From: the human T2T-CHM13v2.0 reference genome, Homo sapiens
NCBI RefSeq assembly: GCF_009914755.1
Contig: NC_060942.1
Reading direction: 5' to 3' (one strand)
DNA: 64,000 nucleotides
Numbering within the stretch: the first letter of the stretch is position 1; every line of letters starts with the position of its first letter. The position numbers and the translations under genes were made by a program. Below the pieces are notes generated by a model. It saw nothing but the letters and a program-made list of their open reading frames with translations. It searched no databases and had not been told where the DNA came from. Shown here in pieces: positions 18,722-34,429 of this stretch.

Positions 18722-19698
18722 GACTTTCTGGAGCAGAGCCTCCTTATCAGTCTCAGAAGGACTGCTCTGGACTTTACCTGGAGATAGAGGAAATTATTTC
18801 TTCTTTAAGATACTCAGATTTTAGGTTTTTCTCTTATTCACAGTTGAACCTAAATCTGACTGATACACCTGATGAAATCCTTTCAACACATAGCAATATC
18901 ATGATCAAAAGCTAAAGAATAACAGAAGCTAAAGTGAAATACTATTCAAGTTGTGAAAAAAATTTAAAATAGATGTAATGATATAAGTTAAACAGACTTT
19001 AATAAGGCCTATTTTCACTTTCTTAGTTGCAACAAAGATATGGTGTGATACTTCAAACTTAATAACATTTAGTCTGTGGCCCAATTTTAAGAAAGTCCTT
19101 TTTTAAGTGGCCTGAGATTACACTGCTACCAGTCAGTGTCTAGACCAGTCAGGGTCAGTAATTACTTACGAGATAGAATAAGACCAATCAACACACACCA
19201 GCAAAACAGGTGCAAATGATATGGTAGGAAATAAAAGTAAAATTTCCAGTAAGTACCATATATCACTGTGAAAGAAAAAAAAAAAACTGTGGCTTGAAAA
19301 AATGCCTAAAATCTTTCGATCATCACACAATATTCACTCAATTTTGTAAGTGCAATATAAAAACATAATACTATAAAATTTTCATATTCTTTTCCTCTTC
19401 ATAAGGAATCAGAGACTTCTGCAAACAAAACTTGTTTAAACTAATTCAATTCTCATTTTAATATGAAACGTTTGATTTCTAGCTACACAAGGAGTACAAA
19501 ATTTGTATAAAACACTGATAATTTTGTTTCAACTTTTTTGTTCTGGAATGTCCTATTCACATTACAGGTGTCACTTTGGATAACTTAAAAATTAAAACCT
19601 TTTTAAAAAACATATTTCAAAGGACTTCCAATTCTCCCTCTTATATGAGAATGGCCTGCGAAATGCCCATTTACAAATTTTTAAAAAATATGTAAATA

Positions 19699-20020
<322 letters not shown>

Positions 20021-21209
20021 TCATGTTACTGGTACTTCAGAACTATTTGAATTTGATCAAATATACCCCACTTTAGGAAAACTAATATATGGAAAGAAGA
20101 AATTGCTTTATAAATGGCAAGATTCAGGAAGGGAAATAGGCAGGGGTAAATTCCAAGAGCCAATTAACAATGGGAAATGAAAACAAAGTCTTTTAAAAAT
20201 AACAACGTAAGTAAATAGGAAAATGTGAACTTGCTCCCAAAAGGCCACTCCGTAGGAGCCGGGCCTGCAGAACTCCCAGCCTCTGAGGTAGAGGATGAAA
20301 ACAACATGCACGAGAGAGTCAGATTAGTCCAAACCATCTGCTCTTTGCAAATATAACTTAGCAAGGTGAACCAAGGAATCAGTGGTCCCTCATCTTGAAC
20401 TTGCTCCTGCTAGACTTTCAGTCTTTTTCCTTGTTGCTTAACGAAGCTCAAGACACACATCAGATCTGGGAGCAGTTCACCTAGCCCTACCCTCTTGAAG
20501 AGAGAAACTCTCCTGCAGTTGCTTATCCAGGTATCTTCATGCTCAATTTTATTAAGCAAATTATCCATAAGGGTCTCCTGCTTGGAACCCGGGAATCAAT
20601 CACTTTATGGGACAAGTACTAAAGGACTGTACACACTGAAAGGTTAGGTAACTTCCCAAGATCACACGGCTGGCAAGAAATGGAGGTGGGTCTCCCATTC
20701 CAGTGTTCACACTGTCATACACTGTCTCTGATGCATGAGTGAATATTTTCTTTCCAGAGCTGTTTGTATGTGTCTAGACATGCATTTATATAAACAACTT
20801 AAATGTCGTAATATATGGCATTAGCAATATTCACTGGATAAATTCAATGATATTTTGAGGCCATATATCTTTCAACATAGATTATATTATGGAAAATGCC
20901 TATAAAACTTTTTTTTTAAATTGCATATACGCAAGTAGAAAATCATCTAGAGTGTTATACAACAAGACATCAATTTAAGGATTACTTGGAAGCAGACATT
21001 ATATTAACAGTTGGCTTCAAGTTTGTCTCTATTTTTTGTAATCAGCTTATGTTACTTTTGTTCTTTGAGTTATTTTTGAATCATTTATTCTAAAAATATT
21101 TATGTGCCATGTATTGTTATAAGGATACCATTAGTGAAAAAAATAAAGATCACTGCCCCTTTGGTGCTTACATGGTAAGAGATGAGAGGAAAAACATACA
21201 CAGTGAAAA

Positions 21210-21810
21210 GGCTAGCTCTCCTCCCACCCCATAACCACTTTTATCAGTTTCTTGTGTGTCCTTCCAGAGTTTCTGCATGTAAACAAAGATAAATGCAAAC
21301 AAATATTATTTTCCCCTGCACTAATCACATACTACATGTATTATTTCATATCTTGTATTTTTCACGTAATATATCTGAAAGAGCCTTCCATCAGTACCTT
21401 ACTCTTTTTTTTTTTTTACAGCTGCACACTACTAGATCAATGTACCATATTTAAGTAGGTCTCTGTTGGTGGATATTTGAGTTGTTCCTAATCTTTTGCT
21501 ATTATAAAAAATACTCCCAAAATAAACTAGTACATTGTCATTTTGCACAAATGCACGTAGGATTGCTGGGTCAAAGGGTGATGTTATTTGAAATTTGGAT
21601 GGATATTACCACATTCTTCATAGGAGTTGTACCAATTTACACTTCAACCAGAAAATTTTGAGACGGTCTGTTTCCACATAACCTGGAAAATGGATTTTTC
21701 TAATCTGATAGGTAAGAAATAGCATGTCAGTGAAGTTTTAAACTGCAATTTTCTTATTAGAGTTAAACTGTGCATTTTAAGCTATATTTAAGAGCTATGT
21801 GATACCCTTT
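21210..21810 (-). mobile_element. Old L1ME-type 3' fragment
   Basis: ggatatttgagttgttcc...ttttgctattat...ggattgctgggtcaaaggg...gtaccaatttacac (reverse L1 3' end). Confidence 0.65.
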
Positions 21811-22202
21811 TAAGTAACCTTTAAAATTGTGAAATTTGTGAATGCATCATCTTTAGGCAAATTGGTTACTGCCTCCATAGTGTCTACATGCAGCAATGGA
21901 TCTGGCTTGAATTAATTAGCTATGTATTAATATTATTATTTAATATAATAGTACATAATAATATTATTTCTTCACTCTTGATGTTAAGAAAGTTAATAGC
22001 CAGGATTAGACTATAAGGATATTAACTGTTGTATTAGTTCCCCTAAGCCTAGCACAGAGCCTGGTGCACCTTAGTGTCCAATAAAATGTTTGCTTAAAAA
22101 AATGAGCAACAAAAAAGATGTTTTCTTTGGAAGTTATAGTGCAACAGCACCACCAAGGGGGAGCTTTAGCTAAAGCATCTCCCTATCAAATTTCCTCCAG
22201 CT

Positions 22203-22310
22203 GAATCGCTTGAACCCAGGAGGCAGAGGTTGCAGTGAGCTGAGACCATGCCATTGCACTCCAGCCTGGGTGACAGAGTAAGACTCCGTCTCAAAAAAAA
22301 AAAAAAAGAA
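22203..22310 (+). mobile_element. 5'-truncated Alu (last ~90 nt plus A-tail)
   Basis: Starts gaatcgcttgaaccc; tcctccagc on both sides (22193 and 22315). Confidence 0.9.
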
Positions 22311-22898
22311 ACACTCCTCCAGCCAGATTTCCAAGCCACTGTGAATACATAATCAAATTGGAGACACTGTGAATGCTGTTTAAATGGCACTTGCAAACAA
22401 CCCTCAAACTCCACCCTCCAAATGCTGCCCCTCAGCCTCTCTTGTATAGAACTTGAGCTGTTATTGTCAGAGTGAACATCCAGCCTGCCACACTGCCACA
22501 AGATAACACAGCCCTACATTTTCTCAGACTAAAGACAAGATTTGGTCAATATCAACAACTCAGTGGCCAGCAAGTGCAGCCACATGAACATGCATCTTAC
22601 AGGAACTCTGTGCACTTGCTCCTCTTCCATTTTGACTATAAGTGAAGACACCTGTACTAGATAGTGGACATTTCCTGCTCATCAGAAGAAACTATGGGAA
22701 AAAGTCAGGGAGAGAATGTTAATGTCAAATGTAAATTAAAGGAAAAAAATGCAAAGAATAGCATTTGAATGGATTCAGCTTAAATTTTCTATTTTGAACA
22801 GAAGCCTGGATATTGATCTTAAGAATGAAAGTATTCATTTTCCCAGCTACAATAAGCAATAATTTATAAAACTTAATTCAACAGTCTCCTAGCAGTCT

Positions 22899-23395
22899 TG
22901 TGGCAGCTAGCATCCAAAGATGGCCACAAATGAACCACATCTCCCAGCACTTATGCCCTTCTGTGGTTCTTTCCTCTTGAATCTGGGCTGGTCTCGTGAC
23001 CTGCTTTTGACCAATAAAATGTAACATTCAGGGATAGCTGAGCTAGGCCATAAGAAACCTTATAGTTTCTGCCACTCTTGGGATGTCCCCTCTTGGGAAC
23101 CTGCCTGCGTTGCGGTGAGGAGGCCAAGCTTCATAGCAAGGTCACAAGAAGAAGAACTGAGGTGTTCCAGGCAACACCTCAACAGATCTCCCAGCTAGCA
23201 TCAACTGCCAGCCTTGAGATGGGAGCACACTGGACACCCAGCCCAGCTGCTCTACGATGGCAAACAAGAGACCACAAGTAGAGAGTCAGTTAGCTAAGCA
23301 ATCAACCCAAAGCCCTGTGGAGGTCATTACAAATTGTTGTTTTAAGCCACTAAGTTTTGGGGTAGTTTGTTACACAGAAATAGACAACAGCAACA
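22899..23395 (+). mobile_element. MaLR solo LTR, MLT1G/H-like
   Basis: tgtggcag...aagatggccac...cttgaatctgggctgg...ttttaagccactaagttttggggtagtttgttac. Confidence 0.75.
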
Positions 23396-23751
23396 AATTT
23401 ATTTCATAACCACACCCAGGCAAGATAAGCAATAAACTTAAAAGGCAATTTAGTACAGTAACATTGTTTTTTTATGACTTTTTAGAATAGAGACCATGAG
23501 CTCTTACAGAGAATAAACATGATTTATATATTCTGTATACCCCTTCTCTTTCAACCTCTGATAACTATGTTCTCAATAAATATTTATTAAATGGAAGCAT
23601 GAATAATACAAATATAGTTAAATATTGATTATACTGATGGAAGGAAGGTATAATTCAGAAATAGTAGATATTTAAAAGTATATACACTGAACTCTGTAAT
23701 ACAGACATGCTCACATCCACTCTACCTATCTCATCCTGAAAGGGCATTAGA

Positions 23752-24664
23752 GTGCTGGTTCTTATACTTTTCTCAGGGCCCCTTTCAACTCTTAAAAATA
23801 TTAATGAGAACCCCAAAGAATTTTTTCATATGTCAGTTATACTGACAGATATTAAAACTGAGAAAATATTAAATATTTACTAATTCATTTAAATTTAATA
23901 ATAAACACATTACATGTTAACATTAATACAGTTAATGAAAAAGCCCCTTTAGTCATTTGAGAGATATTGGTTCACTGAATTATGCAGATCTTCCAAATGT
24001 TGACACATTTCATCAAATAATAGTTTTTAAAATCCATATTTACTAACATCATTGATGTTATAACAAAAGTCTAAATTATTAGGAAGTTGTCAAACTCATG
24101 ATGCCAAATATAAGTTTTTCGAAATTTTAATTTTGACTTGAAAATTTTTTTTATTGGCAACCAACACTGGCAGTTTCCTCTCTGCCAAGACTGTCTCATG
24201 TTCTTTCGTGTAAAAATGCTATTCCATCAGAAAAGTGGCTAGTTCAGCTCACAACTCTATCACACACCTGCTTTTCCTCAAGACAATCATTGGAACCCAG
24301 TATGGAGTAGAAGTGCATTATGTGAGCTTCTAGTTTTACAACAGAAAATATCAAAAAGATGTACTCAAGGGTCAAGATTTATAACAACTAATCATTTTTA
24401 CTATTTCGCCAAGGACATTTTTCAGTGAAGATGGTTTTTATTTTACCACAAATGTGTGTGTGGTTGTGGAAAATATAGTGAGTACTAGTACAGTTAGGCA
24501 CCACTTGATTTATGCTAAGGTCTCAGCAGTTTTACCCCAACTTTGCTATTGTACCCTTGATGCAAATGTCAGCACAGTGGAAATGGCAAATGATGTCTTA
24601 TTATAAAAGGCTTAGACTCCATGGACTCTCTGTGGCCCACAGAACACACTTCGAGAATCAATGC
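23752..24664. mobile_element. Charlie1a-like hAT DNA transposon relic
   Basis: Ends ggttct...ctcagggccccttt...ctcttaaaaata and ...cacacttcgagaatca match recalled Charlie1 termini. Confidence 0.7.
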
Positions 24665-24814
24665 ACAGAAGTGATCCAAGACTGCACAGAAACTTTATAT
24701 AGTGGACATTCTACTCACTCACAACTGAGAATCTGAGTGCAGGTATAAGGTAGATGATGTCTGCCTATCCTTTTCAGCTTTATCAATGTCAGGTCTGCCA
24801 AAAAGAACATTTCT

Positions 24815-24995
24815 ACGCTAGGGTCAAACTTGGATTTCAATTTCAGCTCCACACTATTAGCTACATGACCTTGGCTAAGTTTCAGTCTGAGTCTCAGTTT
24901 CCTCACCTATTAAACAGAAATTCTGTACCTTATAGATGGCTAGACTTATAATTAAATAAGACAGCATCCATATAACACTGACTAGCAATATGAGT
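24815..24995 (+). mobile_element. MIR
   Basis: tagctacatgaccttggctaagtt...tctgagtctcagtttcctcacctat core. Confidence 0.7.
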
Positions 24996-25630
24996 GATAG
25001 AGTAAGCCCCGAACTCAATCAGATTCTAAATGACTAAGGACCAAAACTATGGCTAATTTCCATGTTTTGGAAGATGGTGGTAACCTGATTTTATTTTTCT
25101 CTCCACCACTTGTAGAGGGACCAAATAATAAATGGATATTCATAAAAATGTACCTCTTTACATAATGCAATTCTGATAGATGAAATGATGTCAGGAATTG
25201 CTTCCAAATAATCCAGGGTAGGGAGAAAAAGGAGGGGAAATAAATGAAATAGTTTGTCAAGAACTGATATCTGCCGAAGGTAGGGGCTGACAATCTAAAG
25301 TTTCATTATATAATTCTCTTCAAACATATTTCGAATTTTTCAAATTAAAAAGGAAAAAGCTGATCACTCATTTGAGGCTTCTATAATAATTATGCTTCGA
25401 CTGTCGTTAAGTTAATAATGTACAAATTCAGTTTCTACGATAAGTCACCTTCTACGCTGCGAGTTATCAACCATTTTCCCAGCACTACAACATGCACCAC
25501 ACATGTTCTTCAGGCGTCTTTCTGCAAAGATGAGTCAGACAGGCTGCCTGGAGTTACACTCCACTTGCTCTCACCCCACCCCACCATTCCACTGTGGCTG
25601 AGAACTGCTGATCTAATTTAAAGTAATCTG

Positions 25631-25940
25631 GGCTGGGTGCAGTGGCTCACGGGTGTAATCCCAGCACTTTGGGAGGCCGAAGCAGGCAGATCACCTGAAG
25701 TCAGGAATTTGAGACCAGCCTGGCCAACATGGCGAAACCCCATCTCTACTAAAAATACAAAAAAATTAGCTGAGCATGGTGGTGTGTGCCTGTAGTCCCA
25801 GCTACTTGGGAGGCTGAGGCATGAAGATCGCTTGAAACTGGGAGGCGGAGGTTGCACTGAGTGGGAAGTGCCACTACACTCCAGCCTGTGTGACAGAGTA
25901 AGACTCCGTCTCAAAAAATAATAATAACAATAAAAATGCA
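25631..25940 (+). mobile_element. Alu (AluSx-like)
   Basis: Full Alu; perfect 12-bp TSD taaagtaatctg at 25619 and 25941. Confidence 0.93.
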
Positions 25941-26119
25941 TAAAGTAATCTGAGTATTTCAACCATCTTATAACTGTAATATACATTGAAAAATAAAGTT
26001 TCCTGAGTAAGAAAACAAATTAAAATTGGATGAAGGTCAGCTTGACACACAGCCTCTAGATGGGTTGTATTTTAATACATGGTTTATTTTCATCACCTTG
26101 TGGGAGTCAAGTTCGATGA

Positions 26120-26500
<381 letters not shown>

Positions 26501-26882
26501 TATACCTAGGGTTTCTAAAGGAAGCTTAGGGAACGGCCAAGAGCCAGATGGACAGAGAAAAGAGCTGCCTCCTCGCTACTTTAAAAGAGGAGACCTGCTC
26601 CTCTTCCCAGATATAACTCAAGCATCAATCATCTCACTGGTAAGGCTTCCGTGACACTCAGGTGAGCGGGCTGCCTTCTCCTGGGTCCCACTTTCATCAC
26701 AGTAAAACACAGAGCCTGCTAGACAATAAGCTCTCTGAAGACAGCATGAGTCTATGGTGTGAATTGCCAATGCCTGGAGATGTCTGACACATGGTAGCCA
26801 CACAGAAAATATCTGATAAATGATTATATGTCCCCTAAATACCTACTCTTGTTTAAAATACTCCACGAAGAAATCATTGTTA

Positions 26883-27230
<348 letters not shown>

Positions 27231-28423
27231 TCAGAGAACATACTTAGAATCTCAGTGATTCATTTAATACTGAGTGATCCTAAATTGGAAGTTCATAATG
27301 CTATGAAGGTCTCTGATGGGCTTATGTACTCAGATACCATTATTATGTCGATATCAGGCAGTAAGTTATGACAGAGTTGTATATACTTCTGAATTTCCAG
27401 GACTAATGGGTCCATGAAAGTTTATTCAGTAAAGAATAGACAAATACTCTTACGCTTCAATATAATCTTCATGTTTGACTAATGAAGAAAGCAGGCACAT
27501 TTTAGATTTTTTTTTAAAAAAGTCATTAACAGGAGGAGTGTCACATTGAGTTCCTATAGTAATTTTTCTTAACCAGTGGACCTCAAACCCCGAAGTCCTC
27601 ACAGATCTTTTAAACCAGGATTCCTAAGAAGGCAAAAGTTTTGTCATCAACTAACTTCTCTCCTACTCATTTAGAGGGTATTTGCTACGTATGACTATCT
27701 CCTTGGGAGAACTGAGGAAATCCTCACTTAACTGGTTCTCCGCTGGACTTGATTTTCTCATGAACTCCGATTGGGAAAAGCTGCTTAGACCATCTGTCAC
27801 AGGGTGTCTGGGACCCCCACTATTCACCCTCAAATCTTTTCAGTCAGTAACTACTGAAAGATAGTCAATGAGTTTTTAAAAACATGTCAACAGGGGGATC
27901 ACATGTTTAGAAAGACTGGCAACAACTGCCCCTAAGTAAAGTGTTATATTAAACGACCAAGTACACAAATTACTTGTTTTTAATTTAAAACTTCACTTAT
28001 AAGAAGCACTGGCAAAGGAAGGTGTTGTAGACAGAGCACAGGTGTAGGTTTAAATACCAATGTTGTCACTGTCCATAGACAAGCTACTTCTCTGACATTT
28101 AGTTTCTTCATTATAAAATATAAATAATACTCATATTATTGGATAACACAAATAACCGATTGCATAGGATCCAGTATGTGTGTGACGGATACCAGCTTCA
28201 CAGAAGAAGAAGAAGAAAAAAACCCAAAAACAAGGTAGTCTATAGGCACACTGGTTCCTCCTTACCTATAGAGCCAGTAGATTTTAACCATTTGTTTTAG
28301 CTCAATTCAAGTATCAGAATTTCATCATTCATTCAAATACCTACTGCACCATCAAGAACAAGACATGGTGCTGTGAGCCCTCTAACAAGGAAGATCTTTT
28401 TCCTTTGATAATTACTGGGTAAC

Positions 28424-29477
28424 TGTTGTGGGAAATCAGGGACCCGGAACAGAGGGACTGGCTGAAGCCATAGCAGAAGAACATAAATTGTGAAGATTTC
28501 ATGGACATTTATTACTTCCCCAAATTAATACTTTTATAATTTCTTATGCCTGTCTTTACTGCAGTCTCTGAACATAAATTGTGAAGATTTCATGGACATT
28601 TATCACTTCCCCAATCAATACTTTTATAATTTCTTATGCCTGTCTTACTTTAATCTCTTAATCCTGTCATCTTCGTAAGCTGAGGATGTATGTCACTTCG
28701 GGATTCTGTGATGATTGTGTTAACTGTACAAAATGTTTGTAAAACATGTATTTGAACAGTATGAAATCAGTGCACCCTGAAAAAGAACAGAATAACAGCG
28801 ATTTTCAGGGAACAAGGAAAGATAACCATAAGGTCTGACTGCCTGTGGGGTCAGGCAGAATAGAGCCATATTTTTCTTCTTGCAGAAAGCGAGTAGGAGA
28901 AATATTGCTGAATTCTTTTCCCAGCAAGGAACAACCCTGGGGAAGGAATGCATTCCTGGGGGTAGGTATATAGATGGCCACTCTGGGAATGTCTGTCTTA
29001 TGCCGTTGAGATAAGGACTGAAATACGCCCTGGTTTCCTGCAGTACCCTCAGGCTTACTAGCATTGGGAAATTCCAGCCTGGTAAATTCTAATCAGACTG
29101 GTTCTCTGCTCTCGAACCCTATTTCCTGTTAAGATGTTTATCAAGACAATGTGTGCACAGTGGGACACAGACCCTCATCAGTAATTCTAATTTTGCCTTT
29201 GCCTTGTGATCTTTTATTGCCCTTTGAAGCATGTGATCTTTGTGACTTACTCCCTGTTCGTACACCCCCTCCCCTTTTAGAATCCCTAATAAAAACTTGC
29301 TGGTTTTGCAGCTCAGGTGGGTATCACAGAACCTGCCGATATGTGATGTCAACCCCGGCGGCCCAGCTGTAAAATTCTTCTCTTTGTGCTCTTTCTCTTT
29401 ATTTCTCAGACCAGCCGACACTTAGGAAAAATAGAAAAGAACCTACATTGAAATATTGGGGGCTGGTTCCCCCGATA
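28424..29477 (+). mobile_element. MER11 (MER11C-like) solo LTR of HERV-K(HML-8)
   Basis: tgttgtgggaaatcagggacc ... ggctggttcccccgata, 1054 bp. Internal ~90-bp tandem duplication (gaacataaattgtgaagatttcatggacattta at 28479 and 28570), AATAAA near 29288, 6-bp TSD ggtaac/ggtgac. Confidence 0.9.
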
Positions 29478-29595
29478 GGTGACTGCTATTCAGCAGATGC
29501 CATTCTAAGCACTTTAAATGTATTAACTCATTTAGTCTTCACAGTGGCCCTAGGACAGTAGTCCCAGTTTGTAAAGGAGGAAACTGAAGGACATT
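29478..29595 (-). mobile_element. MIR fragment (insertion host of MER11)
   Basis: ttctaagcacttta...ttaactcatttagtcttcaca...gaggaaactgaagg. Confidence 0.65.
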
Positions 29596-30432
29596 GAACA
29601 AATGAACAAATTGTAAATGCTCGGAAAACTCACAATACTTGTGATAGGGAGTTATCTACCTACCTTTTTAAAGCTAGCTTTTCCAAACTATCCTTGTCTC
29701 TCCTAAGGAAGCATTCTCTCTTCCCTTGTTTGTCCTATCTCTGCAACATCTGATTCAGTATGTATTTACATTGGACACGTGAGCCACTTTAAATCTTTTT
29801 ACCTTTGTTTATTCCCATTTCTCCTGTTAACACAACACTGTTTCTTTGTCTTGGAAAAGGTACTTTTTAAAAGTCCATGAAACACATGCAATTCATCAAG
29901 AAGGAAAATGCTTTATTAAGTCACTCTATTTTTCTTATCTGGCCTTAGCATTTTATAACATATCAAATATCACAATTTTGTAAAAGACAGAGAGAAAGCG
30001 TGCCTCTTTTCTCTCTGTTCTGGGAAAAATACTAGGCTATGAACCTAGATGACTTGGTTTTTTGTCTGCTTCTGCAACAGTGTTCACTTGGACTGGTCAC
30101 ATAACTCGAGATTTTAATATTCCCATATGTAAAATGTGGAAATTTGCCTTAGATGATCTTTAAAGGTCCTTCTAAGTCTATAATTTTATGACTTGTAAAT
30201 AAGGCTTTAGAGGTGGAGTTAATGACACTGACATCTGAGTTGGAGGTTCATTATGACACATGTACAAAGCAAAGAGGAATGAGGCCATTCCATCCTTTGC
30301 TTCTTCTAAGATATTTAAATACAATGCATTAGCAACTGAGAGATAAAACCTAGAGCAGTATCAACTGGCTACCTTACTGAAACAGTGACAGGTTTTTCCA
30401 ATGGCAACAGAAATTCATAACTAGGTAAGGAG

Positions 30433-30969
30433 TGTTGGGAGACAATTCCCCACTCTCTCATGTTTTGCACATCTTAAAAGCAGAGGCATTAGCAGCCTTG
30501 TGCTCCGGGCTATCTCTGCGTGGATGCTTGTAGAGTGAACAGACTTGGAAGACAGAGATGGTGTCTCTCTCTAGAGCAGAGAGTAGTTTACTATCAAATA
30601 CATTAAAGATGTCTCCCTTCAAAGCAAAGGTTGGGCAGGTGTGCTTGAAGGCTATCATAAAAGACTGGGGATTCCCAAGCTCTGGGTTCCGTTCCTGTAT
30701 TGCAACCCACTGCACTTACAGGTGTCACCTGGCCCTTGTCATGTTGCCCTGTGGGTATGGGAACCACACAAGAAATGAATATTCTGGCTCCTACTACTGC
30801 TGCGAGTAATAATTTATGATAAAAAATATAAAAAAAGGACAATAACAAACTGTCCTTTGTCCTTGACCCAGGAGTCTTGGGTGTCCTACCAGAATCTACA
30901 AAACTGTAGCAGGTAAACTTGTTAGCTTGAAAGTAGGTAAAAATCTTACAACCTTCATAAAAATAAACA
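30433..30969 (+). mobile_element. LTR40-like ERVL solo LTR
   Basis: tgttgggagacaattc...gcagaggca...cttggaagacagagatggtgtctc...gacccaggagtct...cttgttagcttg matches recalled LTR40. Confidence 0.7.
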
Positions 30970-33900
30970 GGAATGGAGGCTTAATAATTCATGGCTAAGA
31001 GGACAAAGTTGAACCACACCAAGTTACCTCTGTAACATGATGGTGACATTCAATAAAGCTCTATGGAAGTTATTTTAAAGTTTAATTTGCTGTGTGGCAA
31101 TTTTGTCCACAAAGGTCTTTACTTATAAGAAATAAACAATCTGATAAACATATGACATGTTTCTTTAAAGCTGACATTTTGAATGTGCCAGCAGTCTAAA
31201 CTGAAATTAAACCAATTATGAAGTTTTCTTGTGTCCCATCAAGTCTGCCAAGACACCCTGTTGTACAATACTAGCAATTTTTTGAATAGGTAACCATTTT
31301 CTACTGGAAACTTATAAATTTTCAGAGAGGAGCTGTCTAAATGTTCTCAATGTAACTCCTTAAGAAAGGACTAAACTAAAAAAGCAAACCAAGCCAGATT
31401 TCCCTGAAAAACTTAGCTGCCTTCAAAGTACCACTGGCTGTAGGAAATACAGGAAGCCAGATTTTCAAGACAAACATTCCTCCTTCCTTTCCTGGTTACT
31501 GCTATGCCAAGATCAAACAAGGATCAGCAAAGACCAAAGGAATGAAGAAACTGGAACCTTTTTATTGCCTGGGCATTGGGCAAGAGCAAGCTAATTCTAT
31601 CTTTTAAAAAATGAAATCATATACATTTAAGAGAAGTATTTATACTGCAAGCCATTGCTCAGATCTCCTACCAATCTACAATAAAACAATTATTAAAAAC
31701 TTCTATCTATGTTCAGTGAGATCTTCATTTTCTTTGTTAGAAAAATATTTGGGGAATATAGGCAATTCAAAAATCCATCGGGCAGGGAATCAGAATCTTG
31801 CAATATTAGCAGAGACCAATACATTCTTTTGTAGAGATGTTATCCAGATTTATTTTTAGATTCAAAATATCTCAAAAATGTTATAATACTATAATAGAGA
31901 AAATAGAGATGCAAGACTTTACAAGCCATCATTAACTCTTACACCACTCAAATGAAGTAGGTATGATATCTCATTCAAGAGATGAAAAATAAGTTAAATA
32001 ACTCAGCAAGGTTTTGGAAACAGAACTGAACCATTCATTACAATTCTTACCATCAGATAATTCCTTCCCTAAAGAAATAATTTCCTGACTACAGTGCTAA
32101 CAATAATATGAGGTTGAAATAAAATCGAAGTTTAAAAAAAAAAACCAACTATAACACTTAATTTCTAGATACAACAAATGGCATTCGTCTGCAATAAAAA
32201 CATATCTTAAAGAGGACTTCAGCAGTGGTAGGCATTCATAAGTATTAAATTAAAAATAAAGTTTAATATCAAGGATTAGATATAAAAAATATTATTGTCT
32301 CAGGCTAAAAGACACACAGTTCTTATCACTCTTTTCCAGGATAATTTCCACATACCATGTATTGTAATACCTGAACACATCCATACCTGTCTCAAACATG
32401 TCAGTTCTAAAAAAGTGGAAAAGACCTTCCTGTCTTTGCTACTATAACTTTAGGTACTTAGATAGATTGGGAGGCAGGTGGAATCAGGGCTAGGGGAAAG
32501 CAAACTGAATGACCACCAAGGGCACGGCTACCTTAGATTGTAGAGAACTGTCTGTTCCAGATCAATCCCAGGAGTTTGGATCCATGGTCCCATGGTGAGC
32601 GAGTCACTCTCAGAAAGAGTATTCTGCCATTCTTGGAGTGAGCCAGGCTTTTGATCTGGACAAACCTGGGATAGCCACTTACCAGCTGTGAAGAGTCAAT
32701 ACCCTCGACTGTCTAAACCTCCAGACTTCAACTAGCCTTAAATGTAACACAAGAGAGATAAGTGGTGAGACACTGAGGATGGCAGGTATAAATTTATCAT
32801 TAAATGGACTTTTTAAAAAATAAGGCAATATTTCTAAAATTATCATAATCATATATTATGTTATTACATATTTGAATTGTGCATGTGTGTGTGTGTAATA
32901 TAAATTCATCCCAACAAATAGGTCAATTTGCTTATTAATATTCCCTTTCATGTTTGAGAAAAAAACCCATGAAAACTTAATTCAGTGGGAACAGAAGTGA
33001 GGAAGCCTGTTGGGGTAAGTTACTATTGAAGAATTATTTAAATGAAGGCTGGGGGCAAATTGTCTTTCTTTCTTTAATTCCATGAGCCTGAATGGTCTAA
33101 AAGATCTTATTTGCCCAAAATAGAGGAGCTGACCACGTAGTTCAACAACCAACTTCTGTTTTGTAGTCTTCAAAAAAATGCTGGGTGATTAAAATATGTG
33201 TCATCATGAGTGCAGGGCAGGAAAAGGCAACTCATATAAAATGCCAGCTTGAGACTACTACACGGAAGTTGCACAACCATACACTTAAAATCTGAAGTGT
33301 ATATACTCACTCCTGATGGCTGTGAGAAAAAGTGAAAGCATAAGTCATGGATTTGAGAATTTTAAAGTTCTTAAATTGCATGATTAAATTTTATCAGAAA
33401 TAACTGTATTGCTCTCATAAAATTGTTTTAATTAAAACCTAATCTATACTTTGTATTACTTTATTCTCAAGAGGTGTGAAAACCCAGAAAGCTTTCAATA
33501 GAGTCTGGCACTGTCTAAAGCATCTTATGGACACCAGATCATCAACTTCACTAGTTTCAAGCGGCAGCAGACATCTGCAAAATATAGCCAGATGCTAATC
33601 AACTTGCATGAAGTCTCAGAATAGTGGGTGCCAGAACTAAGTTTAAATTCCAGATGCCAGCCCATCTTCTAAGAATCAGTCACTAACTATTTATTAAAAG
33701 TCTATTGTGTGCCTAGAGAGAGCAACTCTCTGTAAAGTAATGCAAAGAAATATAAAATAAGTCTTTTATCTCCAGTAATTATTACTCTGCTTAAGCAACA
33801 GGACTTGCAACTCCAGGCCAGGCCAGTATGTTGTAAGTACCTACACTGGACAGGTAAGACTTGGAAGTTCTATCTTTCCCACACCTACTTCTGAAAGAAG

Positions 33901-34429
33901 CCAGGTAACCATATCCAGATCTTCTAACATGTAGCTTTCTCCTTTCCTGGGTCTTTCCTTCCTGTTCTAGCCCCAGTAACTAGCCCCTAGGCCAGAAACT
34001 GACAGTGATCCATGGGCTGCTACGAAGAGATGAAGAGGGCCAAATGGGTTCTTTCTCTTTGTAATCTGAAGAATGGGGAATATGAAACAACTATGTTAGC
34101 AGCAGCTTGGTCCAAACAAAAGGCCTAGGAGCTGAACTGGGGAGACCTCAGCAAGTTGAAGAAGCCACTGCAGGTTCAAGATAAAAGACATGGAATAAAG
34201 GGGTGGGAAGCTGGTTGAAAAAGAAAAACCTACAGAAAAAAAGAGGTGACACAAAGAACTGCCTCAACTTTTTTCTAGTTCCAGACCACATTTATCTAGA
34301 TTCAGCGATATAGCTGTGAAAGAGCAAGGAACTGTAATGATTCAGTAAAGCAGAAGCAGTGGGTATATGGCAAATGGCAATTGAAGACGAAGGGCAAAGG
34401 GCAGGGCCCAGACTATGTCACTTTAAGAA

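Noticed and set aside
22146-22166. CTCF-like caccaccaagggggagc (also ttagcagatggcagc near 63975)
   Set aside because: Mismatches at strongly conserved core positions; not supportable without ChIP data.
28479-28645. ~90-bp direct repeat that could look like an array
   Set aside because: Intrinsic tandem duplication of MER11 LTRs; two copies, no spacers, not CRISPR.
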